A stretch of DNA of 64,000 nt from Octopus sinensis (Eukaryota). A program made the position numbers and the translations under genes. Each line of letters starts with the position of its first letter. Position 1 is the stretch's first letter. The stretch covers positions 8,618,001-8,682,000 of the forward strand of contig NC_043013.1 in the NCBI RefSeq assembly GCF_006345805.1. The letters are read 5' to 3'. Below, one piece after another: positions 53,061 through 64,000 of the stretch. The notes under the pieces were generated by a model. That model saw only the letters and a list, made by a program, of their open reading frames with translations, made no database searches and had not been told where the DNA came from.

Positions 53061-53844
53061 TATTTCATGCATTGTAGAAGTATAAGCAATTTATTACATG
53101 AACTGTAACAACGGAATCTTATATGGACCCCTAAGGGTCATGTGGACCATGGTTAAGAACCTTGGGGTTAAATACTTGCAAGAGTAGTCTCTGCTAAGGT
53201 GGGGATTAGGATATGGGGTATGTGATGGTATTAAGTCAGGAGATAGATAGAGTCTGCCTATATTGATTTCAAATTTTTGCACAAGGCCAGCAATTTTGCA
53301 AGAGGGTTTAAGTTGATTACATCGACCCCCAGTGTTCAAGTGGTACCTATTTTGTTGATCTCGAAAGGATGAAAGGTAAAGTCAACCTTGGTAGAATTTG
53401 AACACAGAACATAAAGACAAACAAAATGCTGCTAAACATTTTGCCCAGCATGCTAACAATTGTACCAGCTTCCCACCTCTGTGCCACCCAGTATTAAGAA
53501 TTGTTCATATGATTGACTTCTGAGTGGTGTCTGTCCATCCAATTTCTTTGTAAAGACCGAGTTGACCTAAAGCTATGGTAGAACACAATCGATTGAATCT
53601 GGACGCATTTGAGTGCAAAATATGCTTCTTAACCACAGAGCCATGCTTGCACCCAACCAAGTGCCGAGCCATCTGAAGAAGATTCTAGGGTGAAGGGTCT
53701 GGCTAATAATAAACTTCTTCAAGATGATTGACTGTCTTTTGTTTTGCAATGTGTTGCTGTTGATTTTACCCTTTCTTTTGTAGAATATCCTAACAATAAA
53801 CGTATTTGATTCTTTCAATATAAAGGATAACCATTCTCTCCTAC

Positions 53845-53896
<52 letters not shown>

Positions 53897-54027
53897 AGTA
53901 TATCTCTGTCTGTCTATCTATGCATATTCTTGTATAAGGATAATAGATTTGTACTCTACAATCTATAGAGAAACCCATCAAATTAGCATAAAATTATTTT
54001 TATTATAACTAAACATAAAAACAAACA

Positions 54028-54069
<42 letters not shown>

Positions 54070-54097
54070 GTCCCATATGTACATATATATATATATA

Positions 54098-55360
54098 TTG
54101 GGTCCCATAAATAATGTGGGTTTTTTTCAATTGCACTAAGTAAAAATTGGAGGGGGATGGAATAAACTATCTGCATTAACTTACTATAAAAGCAGGTAGT
54201 AATTTTACCTTGCCCTTTTACCTAGTGCAAGTTTTGAAGAGTGCAGTTCGATTTTAACAGTTATTTTTTCAAAGCTATAATGGAAGTGACAAAGGAGCAT
54301 ACTCAGCATATTTTGCTTTATGAGTTCAATAAAGGCAACAATGCAATGGAAAGTACGAAGAATATTAATGCAGTATATGGGGATCTGACCATAAGCATAA
54401 GCTAATGTCAAAGCTGGTTCCAGAAATTTCAAGTGGGAAACTACAGCCTAGAAGACGAGCCTCATCCTGGAATATCTGTAGAGCTTGACAAGGATGTCCT
54501 GCAAATCTTGTTGGAACGAAATCCCATTGTAACTGTTGAGGAACTAGTAGAGAAGCCTGGATTTGGTCATTCAACCATTCATCAACATCTGTGTGCCATT
54601 GGAAAAGTCAGCAAATTGAGTCAATGTGTTCCTCACAAACTTTCTGAGTCTAATCACATGCAGAGAAGAATGTGTGCTCTTCTTTGGTGTCATACCTCAT
54701 GAATGAACCTTTTTTGGACTGAATAGTAACTGGTGACCAGAAATGGGTTCTCTATAAAAATGTCAAGCGCCGAAGACAGTGGGTAGGGAAAGGAGAAACA
54801 CCAACACCCCAGGCTAAAGAAGGTCTTCACCTACATAAGGTGTTGTTATCTGTTTGGTGGAATATGTAAGGTTGAGTCCACTTTGAACTTTTAAAGCCAA
54901 ACCAAACGATAACAAAGGAGATCTGCTGAGAGCAGCTTGAGCAGCTTTAAAATGACCATTTCTGGTTTCAAGACGAAAGGTGTTGTTACATCAGGATAAT
55001 GCTCAACCACATACAGTGAAGATGATATTCCAAAGGCTGGAGGAATTTGAGTGGGAAACAATGCCCCACCCACCATATTCACTGGACATTGCCCCATCTG
55101 ATTATCATTTATTCCACAGTTTTCAAAATCATTTGGACAGAAAAAACATGAATTCTGTAGATGAGCTCAGAACAGGCCTGAAGGAATATTATTCATCACA
55201 GACAAATGAATTTTGGAAAAAGGGCCTTGCAAATCTACCAGATAGATGGAAGAGCATTGTAGAAAATGAAAGAGAGTATATTTTAAATCAATAAAGAACT
55301 TTGTTTATCTTAATTTTGAAAAATAAAAAGTATCAAAAATTGCATTATTTATCGGATGGC

Positions 55361-55364
<4 letters not shown>
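54098..55364 (+). mobile_element. Full-length inactive mariner (DD34D) transposon; transposase pseudogene 54280-55294
   Basis: Imperfect TIRs in TA tracts; MEVTKEH...WFQKF...CVPHKL...IVTGDQKW...LLHQDNAQPH...HPPYSLDIAPSDYHLF; stops and frameshifts. Confidence 0.92.
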
Positions 55365-55403
<39 letters not shown>

Positions 55404-55496
55404 TTTTGCATCTTTGTCTGACTGATTGTCTCTGTCTGTCTGTCTGTCTGTCTCTCTATCTGTCTGTCTATCTATCTGTCTGTCTATCTATCTATC

Positions 55497-55568
<72 letters not shown>

Positions 55569-55579
55569 CTGTCTTGTAG

Positions 55580-55920
55580 TAAAGTCTACCGATTTGGCAC
55601 CAAGAAAGGCATCTTCTGATGGAAACATATCCAGTAAATATCAAGATATCAAAGAAACTAAAAAACTTGAAAAAAATAAAGTTAGTGAAGCAGTTCCAAA
55701 GAAAACTGAGGCAATCGTTCCCTCCCAAAGTACCACTACTCACTTATCGGAACCACTGGTAAGGAAAGGAGCAGAAACTTCCACATCAAAACTAACCACT
55801 ACACACAATGATCGGCAAAGCGATGCTGAAGGAATAAGTAACCAAGCATTCCAAGATGAAGTGTCCTTGTCAATGTCGGTCAACAGCGATGTTTTGGATA
55901 GCCCAGACCACAACTCCGAT
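55580..55920 (+). CDS. Coding exon (phase 1-0, 341 nt), Ser/Thr/Lys-rich low complexity
   Basis: Acceptor CTCTGTCTTGTAG, donor GAT|GTAAGT; (V)KSTDLAPRKASSDG...GISNQAFQDEVSLSMSVNSDVLDSPDHNSD; in frame with exon 36453. Confidence 0.82.
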
Positions 55921-56076
55921 GTAAGTGTTTTTTTTTTTCTTTACTTTAAACTTAAGGGAATATTTCTGGTCAGTTACCCAAATTTGTAATGGTAATGTAA
56001 CCTTGTCCAACAAACTATTGGAAAAAATATTTATAGCGCTATGATTTATTTATTTATTCTTCACATTTTTCTGCAG

Positions 56077-56097
56077 ATTCAAATGCAAATATGCTAG
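56077..56097 (+). CDS. Possible alternative short terminal exon IQMQIC*
   Basis: Strong acceptor TTCTTCACATTTTTCTGCAG; phase 0; no transcript evidence. Confidence 0.35.
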   Translation: MQMQIC

Positions 56098-56224
56098 TCA
56101 TTGTTGTGTATGTCACAGGAGAACAATTTCCCCCTTTTACAATGTGTTCATAACACGTTCCACTCAGCTCATTGGCACAAGGAATTCTGGAACATTCGTG
56201 TTTTGATATGTTCTGTCTTGTCAG

Positions 56225-56338
56225 CCCAGAAGTACTCCAACTTTTGAACCTGAACAAGCCACTGGATTTGTTTCAGCAAACAAACTGTTTGCTGATCAGG
56301 GCTTATATCTGCCAACTGATACAAAAATTATCTTGTGA
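56225..56338 (+). CDS. Probable terminal coding exon PRSTPTFEPEQATGFVSANKLFADQGLYLPTDTKIIL*
   Basis: Acceptor TTCTGTCTTGTCAG; phase 0 matches donor at 55921; 37 open codons then TGA. Confidence 0.62.
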   Translation, partial: PRSTPTFEPEQATGFVSANKLFADQGLYLPTDTKIIL

Positions 56339-56815
56339 CATACACGACAGTGACTAGCACATTTGTGTTTGAATCTACCAGAATGTATTAACGATAAGTA
56401 TGCAAAACATTGTTTCAGATCTAACTGTACACAATACAAATGATTTTTTTTTTTATTTATATAAATTGTATCTAAAGTGTTTTCCAGTATGCTCCAAAAT
56501 ATTTTAAATGTTTGATATGAGGTTCCATTTCTTCTACTTTGTCTGCATCAATGATTTTTTTTTGTTCTCACATCATTATCTCCTGATTTGTGGTGGACAT
56601 ACATAGTATTACCTTTTATCTTTTGCTTGTTTCAGTCATAGGATTGTGGCCATGCTGGAGCACCGCCTTGAAGGGTTTAGTCAAAAACATTAACCACAGT
56701 ACTTCTTTCTTTTTTTTTTAAAGTCTGGTACTTATTTCTTTTGGTGATCCACTAAGTTATGGAGATGTAAACAAGATTTTGATTGTCAAGCAAGGATGGG
56801 AGTGGACAAACACTA

Positions 56816-56846
<31 letters not shown>

Positions 56847-57574
56847 GGACAAGCTTCCACACAGTTTCCATGGACCAAATTCATGCACAAGCCATTGGTC
56901 GGCCTGAGGCTATTGTTGAAAACACTTGCCCATGGTGCTGTGCAGTGGGACTGAACCTGAAACCATGAATTTGCAAAGTGAGCTTCTTTAAAAAAATATT
57001 TATATAACTTGTATCTAAAATATTTCTACAGCTTACAGAAGACCATTTTAGATGTTTTCCACAAGATTCCATGCCTTCTATTTTCTCTGTCTGCAGTCAA
57101 TTGGGAATGTGTGTCATGTTAGAAAAAAAACCAAAAAAAACATTCGAACCTCTACATCAAACCATGGAAGCAACTTACTGAGGTCTTCATCCTGCAGTCG
57201 ACTGAACATGGGCAATCCAACCCAATTGTATATTAGATCTATGAATCTATCCCGAATCCTTGCTTGCAATGCTTTGACTCTAAACAAAAAATTTTGAATT
57301 CTGTCTGGGACTCAAATACTCTGAATGACTCCAAAGCTGTTCTGTTGTCATCAAATTGTTATTCTGAGACTCTATGGATTTTGAACATAAAGTATATTTC
57401 ACATTTCAAAGAACAGTTGCGAGTTTACTGGGAGAGGTTCTTTGGGGTTTCCATATGACGATGATACAAGATTGTAACAAACAAACAATTATCATGTGAG
57501 CCATTTTCTTCAGCTTATTAGGAGTTTAGCCGTAGAATAGGTTGTTCCAAGCTATTTCTCTCTCTCTCCCTCTT

Positions 57575-57631
<57 letters not shown>

Positions 57632-59739
57632 GCTATTTCTCACTCATATCCATGTTTAGAGCTGAAAAGTTGTGTTTACAATTATTATGTTAAAGTTGTT
57701 GAATTTCCTGGGGATGTTACTGAAGATTGTTTACTCCAAACATCTCAAGGTAAATGCTGTGGCATCACAAGGTTGGTGTCTCTCAGTGCAGTAACACATG
57801 GCGTTCAATACACTCCCTCTGCGACTTCCTGTAATAGACCATACAGAATCCTCAGTGATATATTTTTTACTAACGTTACATTCTTTGTCAATTGTAGTGC
57901 CTTATAATCTCTGAATTTATCGACAATGGTAGTTATCATCATCATCATCACCATCACCACTTGTGACACATAAAAAGCTCTGGTGTTGCTGCCATGTTAA
58001 ACTCACTGGTGCTGGTGCCACTTAAAAAGCACCCGACGCACACTCACTGCAAAATGGTTGGCATTAGGAAGAGCATTGAACTGCAGAAACCAAACCAACA
58101 CAAACTATGAGACCTGATGGGGGGGGGGGGGGCCCTGGCCTTGCCAGCACCTGTTAAACTGTCCAACTCATGCCAGCATGGAAAATAGATGTTAAATGAT
58201 GATGATGATGATGATGACAAAAAGGATGAAAATCAAAGTTGACCTCAGTGAGATTTGAACTCAGGGTGCAGTAAATTTGATCAAATGCCACAAAGCATTC
58301 CATCTGATGTACTAACAACTTGGCCAATTTATCATCTATACATATACAATAGACTTCTACACAGTTTCCATTTATCAAGAGTGTAGTGGTGCCTTGCTGT
58401 AGAATTGAACCTCAGATCACATGGTTGAAAAGAAGACTTCTTAACCACGCAGCAATCCCTCTCTCTCTTTCGGAGAGGCACTGAGCAGCTATACGCACAC
58501 ATACACACACGGCAGTAACTTCCACCTATCGAATTCAATCACAAAGCTCCGGTCGGCTCGGGGCTATAGTGGAAGACACCTACCCAAAGTTCCACGCAGT
58601 GGGACTGCAATATCAACATCAATTATGTTTCAATAACATTAAATGTTGCCACATTAACAAAAAACTGTGACTGTAGACCATTGAGGAGTTTCTATGTGGA
58701 CGAAAGAAACAATTGATATCTTGTTTTTTTTTTTTATTTAATTTTTACTGAGTTTCTATTATTATGTTTTTTTTGTTTTCTGTTGTGATTTTATGATGTA
58801 GAAACTGATTTTCCAGATCTTTCTATTTAATCATCAATAGTAATTTCTATTATAAATGTTAGGAATCAATATTAATTTCTACAGTGAAACCAATGGCTTG
58901 TAGAATCAGTACAGTGTGCCAGACGAAAATGCTTTGAAGTATAATCGGATACATCCCTTTACACTCTGAGTTCAAATCCAACCGGAGTCTATTTTTTTGC
59001 CTTTCATCCTGCCAGACTCAATGAAATAAAAGCATCCAGTCAAGGTTTTGAGGGGGTGGTGATCAATATATTAAACTTCCTCCTCTTACTCTTCCTCTCA
59101 GCTAGTCTAGATAGAAATCAATATTGTTTCTATCATGAATTGGAATGGATCTTAGAATTAACCCCCCCCTCCTCTCATACTGGGTTTTTATAGATATTTA
59201 TTGTATGATTCTATGTGGGTCAATATTTTTCAATCAGTTTTTTTCTCTCTTTTTCTTTTCTCTATATTATTAAACTGGATTGTCCGGTATTTCATGGCCG
59301 AAGTTCGTTATATATAATAAGTGAAACCTGTACTATATAAAATACATATAATCAAAAATATAATATTAATATAGTAATAATAATAATGGTAGCTATATAA
59401 TAATGGTATTGATGATCATCTTAGAGGAAGTGAGGAGAAAAAAAACCCGTTCGAATTGTATTATCATTTCTAAATAAGAAAACTAATTGATTTTCATAAT
59501 TAATAAATTATTTATTGATTTAATTTTGAATTTAATGTAACTGGCATAAAACAATATAAAATATAATTTTTTATATGAATGCAAAAACAAAAAGATTAAC
59601 AAAAACTGCTGCTGCTGCTGATGATGATGATGATGGTGATGGTGACGATGATGATCTTTCTTTTTCTTTTGCCGGTTCCTTTTAAAGTTGTATTGTTTAA
59701 TACAATCTCAGAAATCACTATTGCACATACCCCCATCCA

Positions 59740-61710
59740 TTTATGAGGTGCATTTAATAAAATATCTAATTTAAGAGCCGCCAATAATGTACACTTATAA
59801 TAGCAGCCAATCTATTTATGATGTATATTTCATAGAGTATCTAATATAAGGTCATCCAGTTTCTTTTATAAGAGCAGTAGGTCTATGAGGTCCATTTTAT
59901 AATATACTAGCACTATGACCCGGCACCGCCAGGTCATAGTGCTAGTGCATGCATATACAGCTGCGTACGTGTGCACACACACGCATGTACTGTCCAAATC
60001 TCCGACCAATCACATACAGCTAGCTAGCATTCAATTGGCGTATCAAGTTTCGGGCATTTTGATTGGGTTTTGGATAGAAAATTCACCAAAAATCACTTCT
60101 ATTGATTTTTTAATGACTTTGTGGGGTGACTGGGGAAACGTAAAGATGTGCACAACCACCCATGGACGGTTTTGAATGACCCGAGAAAGTGCGAGCCCTC
60201 TAACTGAAAAATTGTGGATTTGTATAAAGGACATGTACACACACATACACACACACAGAGACATTTTTCCATTTATATACATAGAGATGATAATATCCTG
60301 GTTCTTCTATGAGGTACATTTATAAAAGCAGTCTATTTATGATGTGTATTTAATAAAATATCTAATATAAGGTCACCCATATATTTATCTGTGATATGCA
60401 TTTATTAGAGCCACCCAGTTCATTAATGATATGCACATTAGGCATTCAATTTCCCTATGACATACATATATAAGAGCAGTCAGTCTATGACATCCATTTA
60501 ATGATATGTCATAGCATCAATATTCTCTGTGATGTACACTTATGACTGCAGTTTAATAACGTTTCTGATATGCATTCAATAGAATATTTAATAAGAGCAG
60601 CTATTTCCTTTATGATGTGTATTTATGAAGGCAGACAGTCTGTGATGTATACATTATGAAAATATTTAATGTAAAGGCATCCAATTTTTCTATGTACATT
60701 TGCAAGAGCAGTCAGCGTATGACATGCCTTTAATAATACATAACATCATGATTCTTTGTGTTTTATATTTATAAAAACAGTCAGTCTATTTATGATGTGT
60801 GTTTAATTAAAATATCTAATATCAGAGCATCCAGTTCCACTATGATGTACATATATAAAATCAGATTGTCTATTTATGACATGTTTTAAATAAAATATCT
60901 AATGTAGGAGCATATGATGTACAATTATAAAAACTGTTGGTCTAAGATCTATATTTAATAAGACGTAACAGCAACCAGTTTCTCTGTGTTGTAAAGAAGG
61001 TCATCAATTTTGTCTATACATAATAAAAATATCTTATCTAAGGGACCCCAGTTTTCCTGTGATGTACATTCATAAGAGCAATCAGTCTGTTTATGTGGTG
61101 TATTTAATAACACATCTAATCTCTAGACATTCAGTTTCTCTATGATATATATTTATTAGAGCAACCAGATTATTTATGATGTACGCATAAAAAAATATCT
61201 AATGTGAAAGCATTCAATTTCTCTATGATATACATCATAAGAGCGAACAGTCTATGACAGTCATTCAACAATATAAGACAGCATGGAAGTTCTCTATAAT
61301 GTACATTTATGATGGCACTTTAATAAAATTTATGATATGCATTTAATAAAATATTTATCATAGGAGCAGTCAAGTTCCCTATGATGTATATTTGTGAGAG
61401 CAGTCAGTTTCTGATATACATTTAATAAAATATCTAATATAAGAGCATCTAGTTTTTCTTTGGCACTTGTTTATGACATGCATTTTTAATGAAATATCTA
61501 AGAGTATCCAGTATGTCTGTGATATACATTTGTAAGAGAGACCAATCTATTTATAACATGCATTTAATAAAACGTTTAAGAGCGGTCAGTATATCTATGG
61601 TGTACGTTTATAAGAAAGACTGGGCTATGATATGCATCTAACAAAGTATTTAAGGGTAGTCAATATGTCTATAATGTACATTTATATAGGAAGCCAGTCT
61701 ATCTATAACA
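59740..61710. repeat. Old diverged minisatellite (alternating ~30-50-bp TATGATGT..ATTT subunits); further patch at 63585-63700
   Basis: Recurrent TATGATGTACATTTATAAGAGCAGTC and TTTAATAAAATATCTAATATAAG motifs. Confidence 0.8.
59906..60288 (+). mobile_element. Helentron-like element with a 15-bp terminal hairpin, inserted in the minisatellite
   Basis: ACTAGCACTATGACC-loop-GGTCATAGTGCTAGT (59906-46); ends TATATACATAGAGAT. Confidence 0.6.
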
Positions 61711-62863
61711 TATATTTAATAATATACAGTTGTGGATAAAAGTTTGAATAATTTTTTCAAAATTAAAATTGTTTTGCCCAAGTACAATTCGATTCATATA
61801 TATACAATGTGGAGATATACTTGCCTGATATACTGATCCAATGCTTCAATATCTAGAAAAAAAATTAGGCAATATACAAAATGTAGTTCTAGACCAAATT
61901 ACCTACTTTTAAAGATAGAAGCTAGTACATCACCTATGCGAAAATATGTTCCAAAGTTTTGGCCACGATTGTATCTAAGTATGTCCATTTTTTTCTTATG
62001 ACCTACATTTATATGAGTAGCATATCTATCTATACTATGCATTTAGAAATATATTTAATTTGAGGGCATGAGGTTTTTCTGTGATCGTTTTCCGTAGCCG
62101 TTTGCCGTCCTTGGCCGTTTGCCGTCCGTGGCTGTTTGCCGTCCGTGGCTGTTTGCCATCCGTGGCCGTTTGCCAGCTCCGTCTGGCACCTGTGCGGGTG
62201 GCACGTAAAAAGCACCCACTACACTCACGGAGTGGTTGGCGTTAGGAAGGGCATCCAGCTGTAGAAACACTGCCAGATCAGACTGGGCCTGATGCAGCCT
62301 TCTGGCTTCTCAGACCCCAGTTGAACCGTTCAACCCATGCTAGCATGGAAAGCGGATGCTAAACGATGATGATGATGATGTTACATTGATAACAGCAACT
62401 GCACAGAATAGGGATAGAGGGACAGAAAATATGGATAGGTAGGTAAGAGAACATCAGTGAAAAGAGTGTAACAGATAACTACGAATGAGTATTGAGGTGG
62501 ACAGAGTGAATATCAGTTTGGAGGAGGAGGGGATAAAGGAAATAGGAGGAGGAGGTGATAAGAGATGTCTGTTTATCAAGACAGCAACCTGGGTTTTTTG
62601 GCGATATGCTGTGCATGAGAAAATTCATCAAGCCAAGTGAAGCCATAGGCGTGGTCATTACCGGTGTCATATAAATGGCACCCATGCTGGTGTCACATAA
62701 AAAGCACCCATTTACACTCTTGTAGTGGTTGGCATTAGGAAGGGCATCCAGCCATAGAAATCATGCCAAATCAGACTGGAACCTGGTGCAGCTCTCAGGC
62801 TTACCAGTTCCAGTCAAACTGTCTAACCCATGCCAGCATGGGAGGCAGATCTTAAACGATGAT

Positions 62864-63076
62864 ACTCTTTACTCTTTTACTCTTTTACTTGTTTCAGTCA
62901 TTTGACTGTGGCCATGCTGGAGCACTGCCTTTAGTCGAACAAATTGACCCCAGGACTTATTCTTTGTAAGCCCAGTACTCATTCTATCGGCCTCTTTTGC
63001 CGAACCACTAAGTGATGGTGACGTAAACACACCAACATCAGTTGTCAAGCAATGCTAGGGAGACAAACATACACAA

Positions 63077-63113
<37 letters not shown>

Positions 63114-63276
63114 CGACGGGCTTCTTTCAGTTTCCGTCTACCAAATCCACTCACAAGGCTTTGGTCAGCCCGAGGCTATAGTAGAAGACACTTGCCCAAC
63201 ATGCCACGCAGTGGGACTGAACCCGGATCCATGTGGTTGGTAAGCAAGCTACTTACCACACAGCCACTCCTGCGCC
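62864..63276 (-). mobile_element. SINE family A, full length, inserted in a (GAT)n tail
   Basis: Reverse homolog of 52646-53060. Confidence 0.88.
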
Positions 63277-63307
63277 TATGATGATGATGATGATGTTTTA
63301 AGAAGAT

Positions 63308-63590
63308 GAAGGCATGTGAGCTAGTGGTTAGGATGTTACTCTCATGATTGCTAGACCATGGGTTCAATTCCTGGACTGGGTGGCATGTGTTCTTGAGCAA
63401 AACAGTTCATTCCATGTTGCTTCAGTCCCCTCAGCTGTAAATGGGTCACTCTGTGACAGAATAAGCCTTCAGGTCAGGGGAAATGTTGGATAGCATCCTT
63501 TGAAAGCTAAAACGTTGCAAAGTGCATTGTGACCAGTGATGTATAACAACATCCACGGTCTGGTTGATACTATGATACTGTGATTTAATG
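63308..63590 (+). mobile_element. tRNA SINE with core domain and another tail type
   Basis: Head and core as family E; tail CATTGTGACCAG.GATGTATA.CAACATC also seen at 20760-20800. Confidence 0.55.
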
Positions 63591-64000
63591 AAATGTCCAA
63601 TATAAGAATATCCAGTTTCTCTGTGATGTACTTTCAAAAGCACATCCCATCCATTTGTGATGTGCATTTAATAAAATGATAGAATATCTAATGTTAAGAC
63701 ATCAAAGTTTATTTATGATAAACAGTTAAAAGATCAGTCAATACATTTATGATGTGAATGGAAAAGTGAGAAAAAGCAAAAAAATAAAGCAAAAGAAATG
63801 AAAGTGGTGTGTGTTGACAGTAGATGGAGCCTGCAGTGGAGTAAGACCAGAAGAAGATCTGGCAGAGTGAGGAGATAAGATCTTCAGATGAAGGACTTTG
63901 CATTTGTAATACAGAAATACTGAGATGGCTGGGGATATGCTGTGTGGGAAACCTGCCTATCCCAGGGCAGCATTAGAAAACAATCATTAAAGCATATTGG

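Larger units (their letters stand above)
56073..56378 (+). promoter_or_regulatory. Long-range RNA duplex (56073-56120 with 56331-56378)
   Basis: 48 aligned positions: 41 Watson-Crick, 5 G:U, 2 A-C on the + transcript. Confidence 0.7.

Noticed and set aside
18517-63281. Numerous 60-120-aa ORFs containing LDALPNANH, RLPNPLT or HPQGAKH
   Set aside because: All are translations of SINE or family C repeats.

Overview
AT-rich, microsatellite- and transposon-dense eukaryotic DNA. The tRNA-derived SINE families and repeat style point to a coleoid cephalopod, probably Octopus (inference from recalled repeats, no database search). Most listed ORFs are artefacts of repeats. Host gene content is the 3' part of one unidentified + strand gene: exons 36453-36629, 55580-55920 and a terminal exon 56225-56338, with an alternative acceptor at 56077. 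Main items of interest: (1) a decayed Penelope-like retroelement (41.8-45.25 kb) whose RT + GIY-YIG ORF appears to be preceded by a Ulp1/SENP-type (C48) cysteine protease domain; (2) six type I hammerhead ribozyme motifs of three designs between 5 and 12.3 kb, all beside (TA)n tracts, including an intact-core pair in a perfect 124-bp inverted repeat and a retrozyme-like 227-bp tandem; (3) a 48-bp G:U-rich RNA duplex pairing the alternative 3' acceptor with the stop codon of the terminal exon. Also present: a full-length dead mariner, MITEs of several superfamilies, Helentron-like elements, a higher-order tandem array, modular SINEs and LINE relics.
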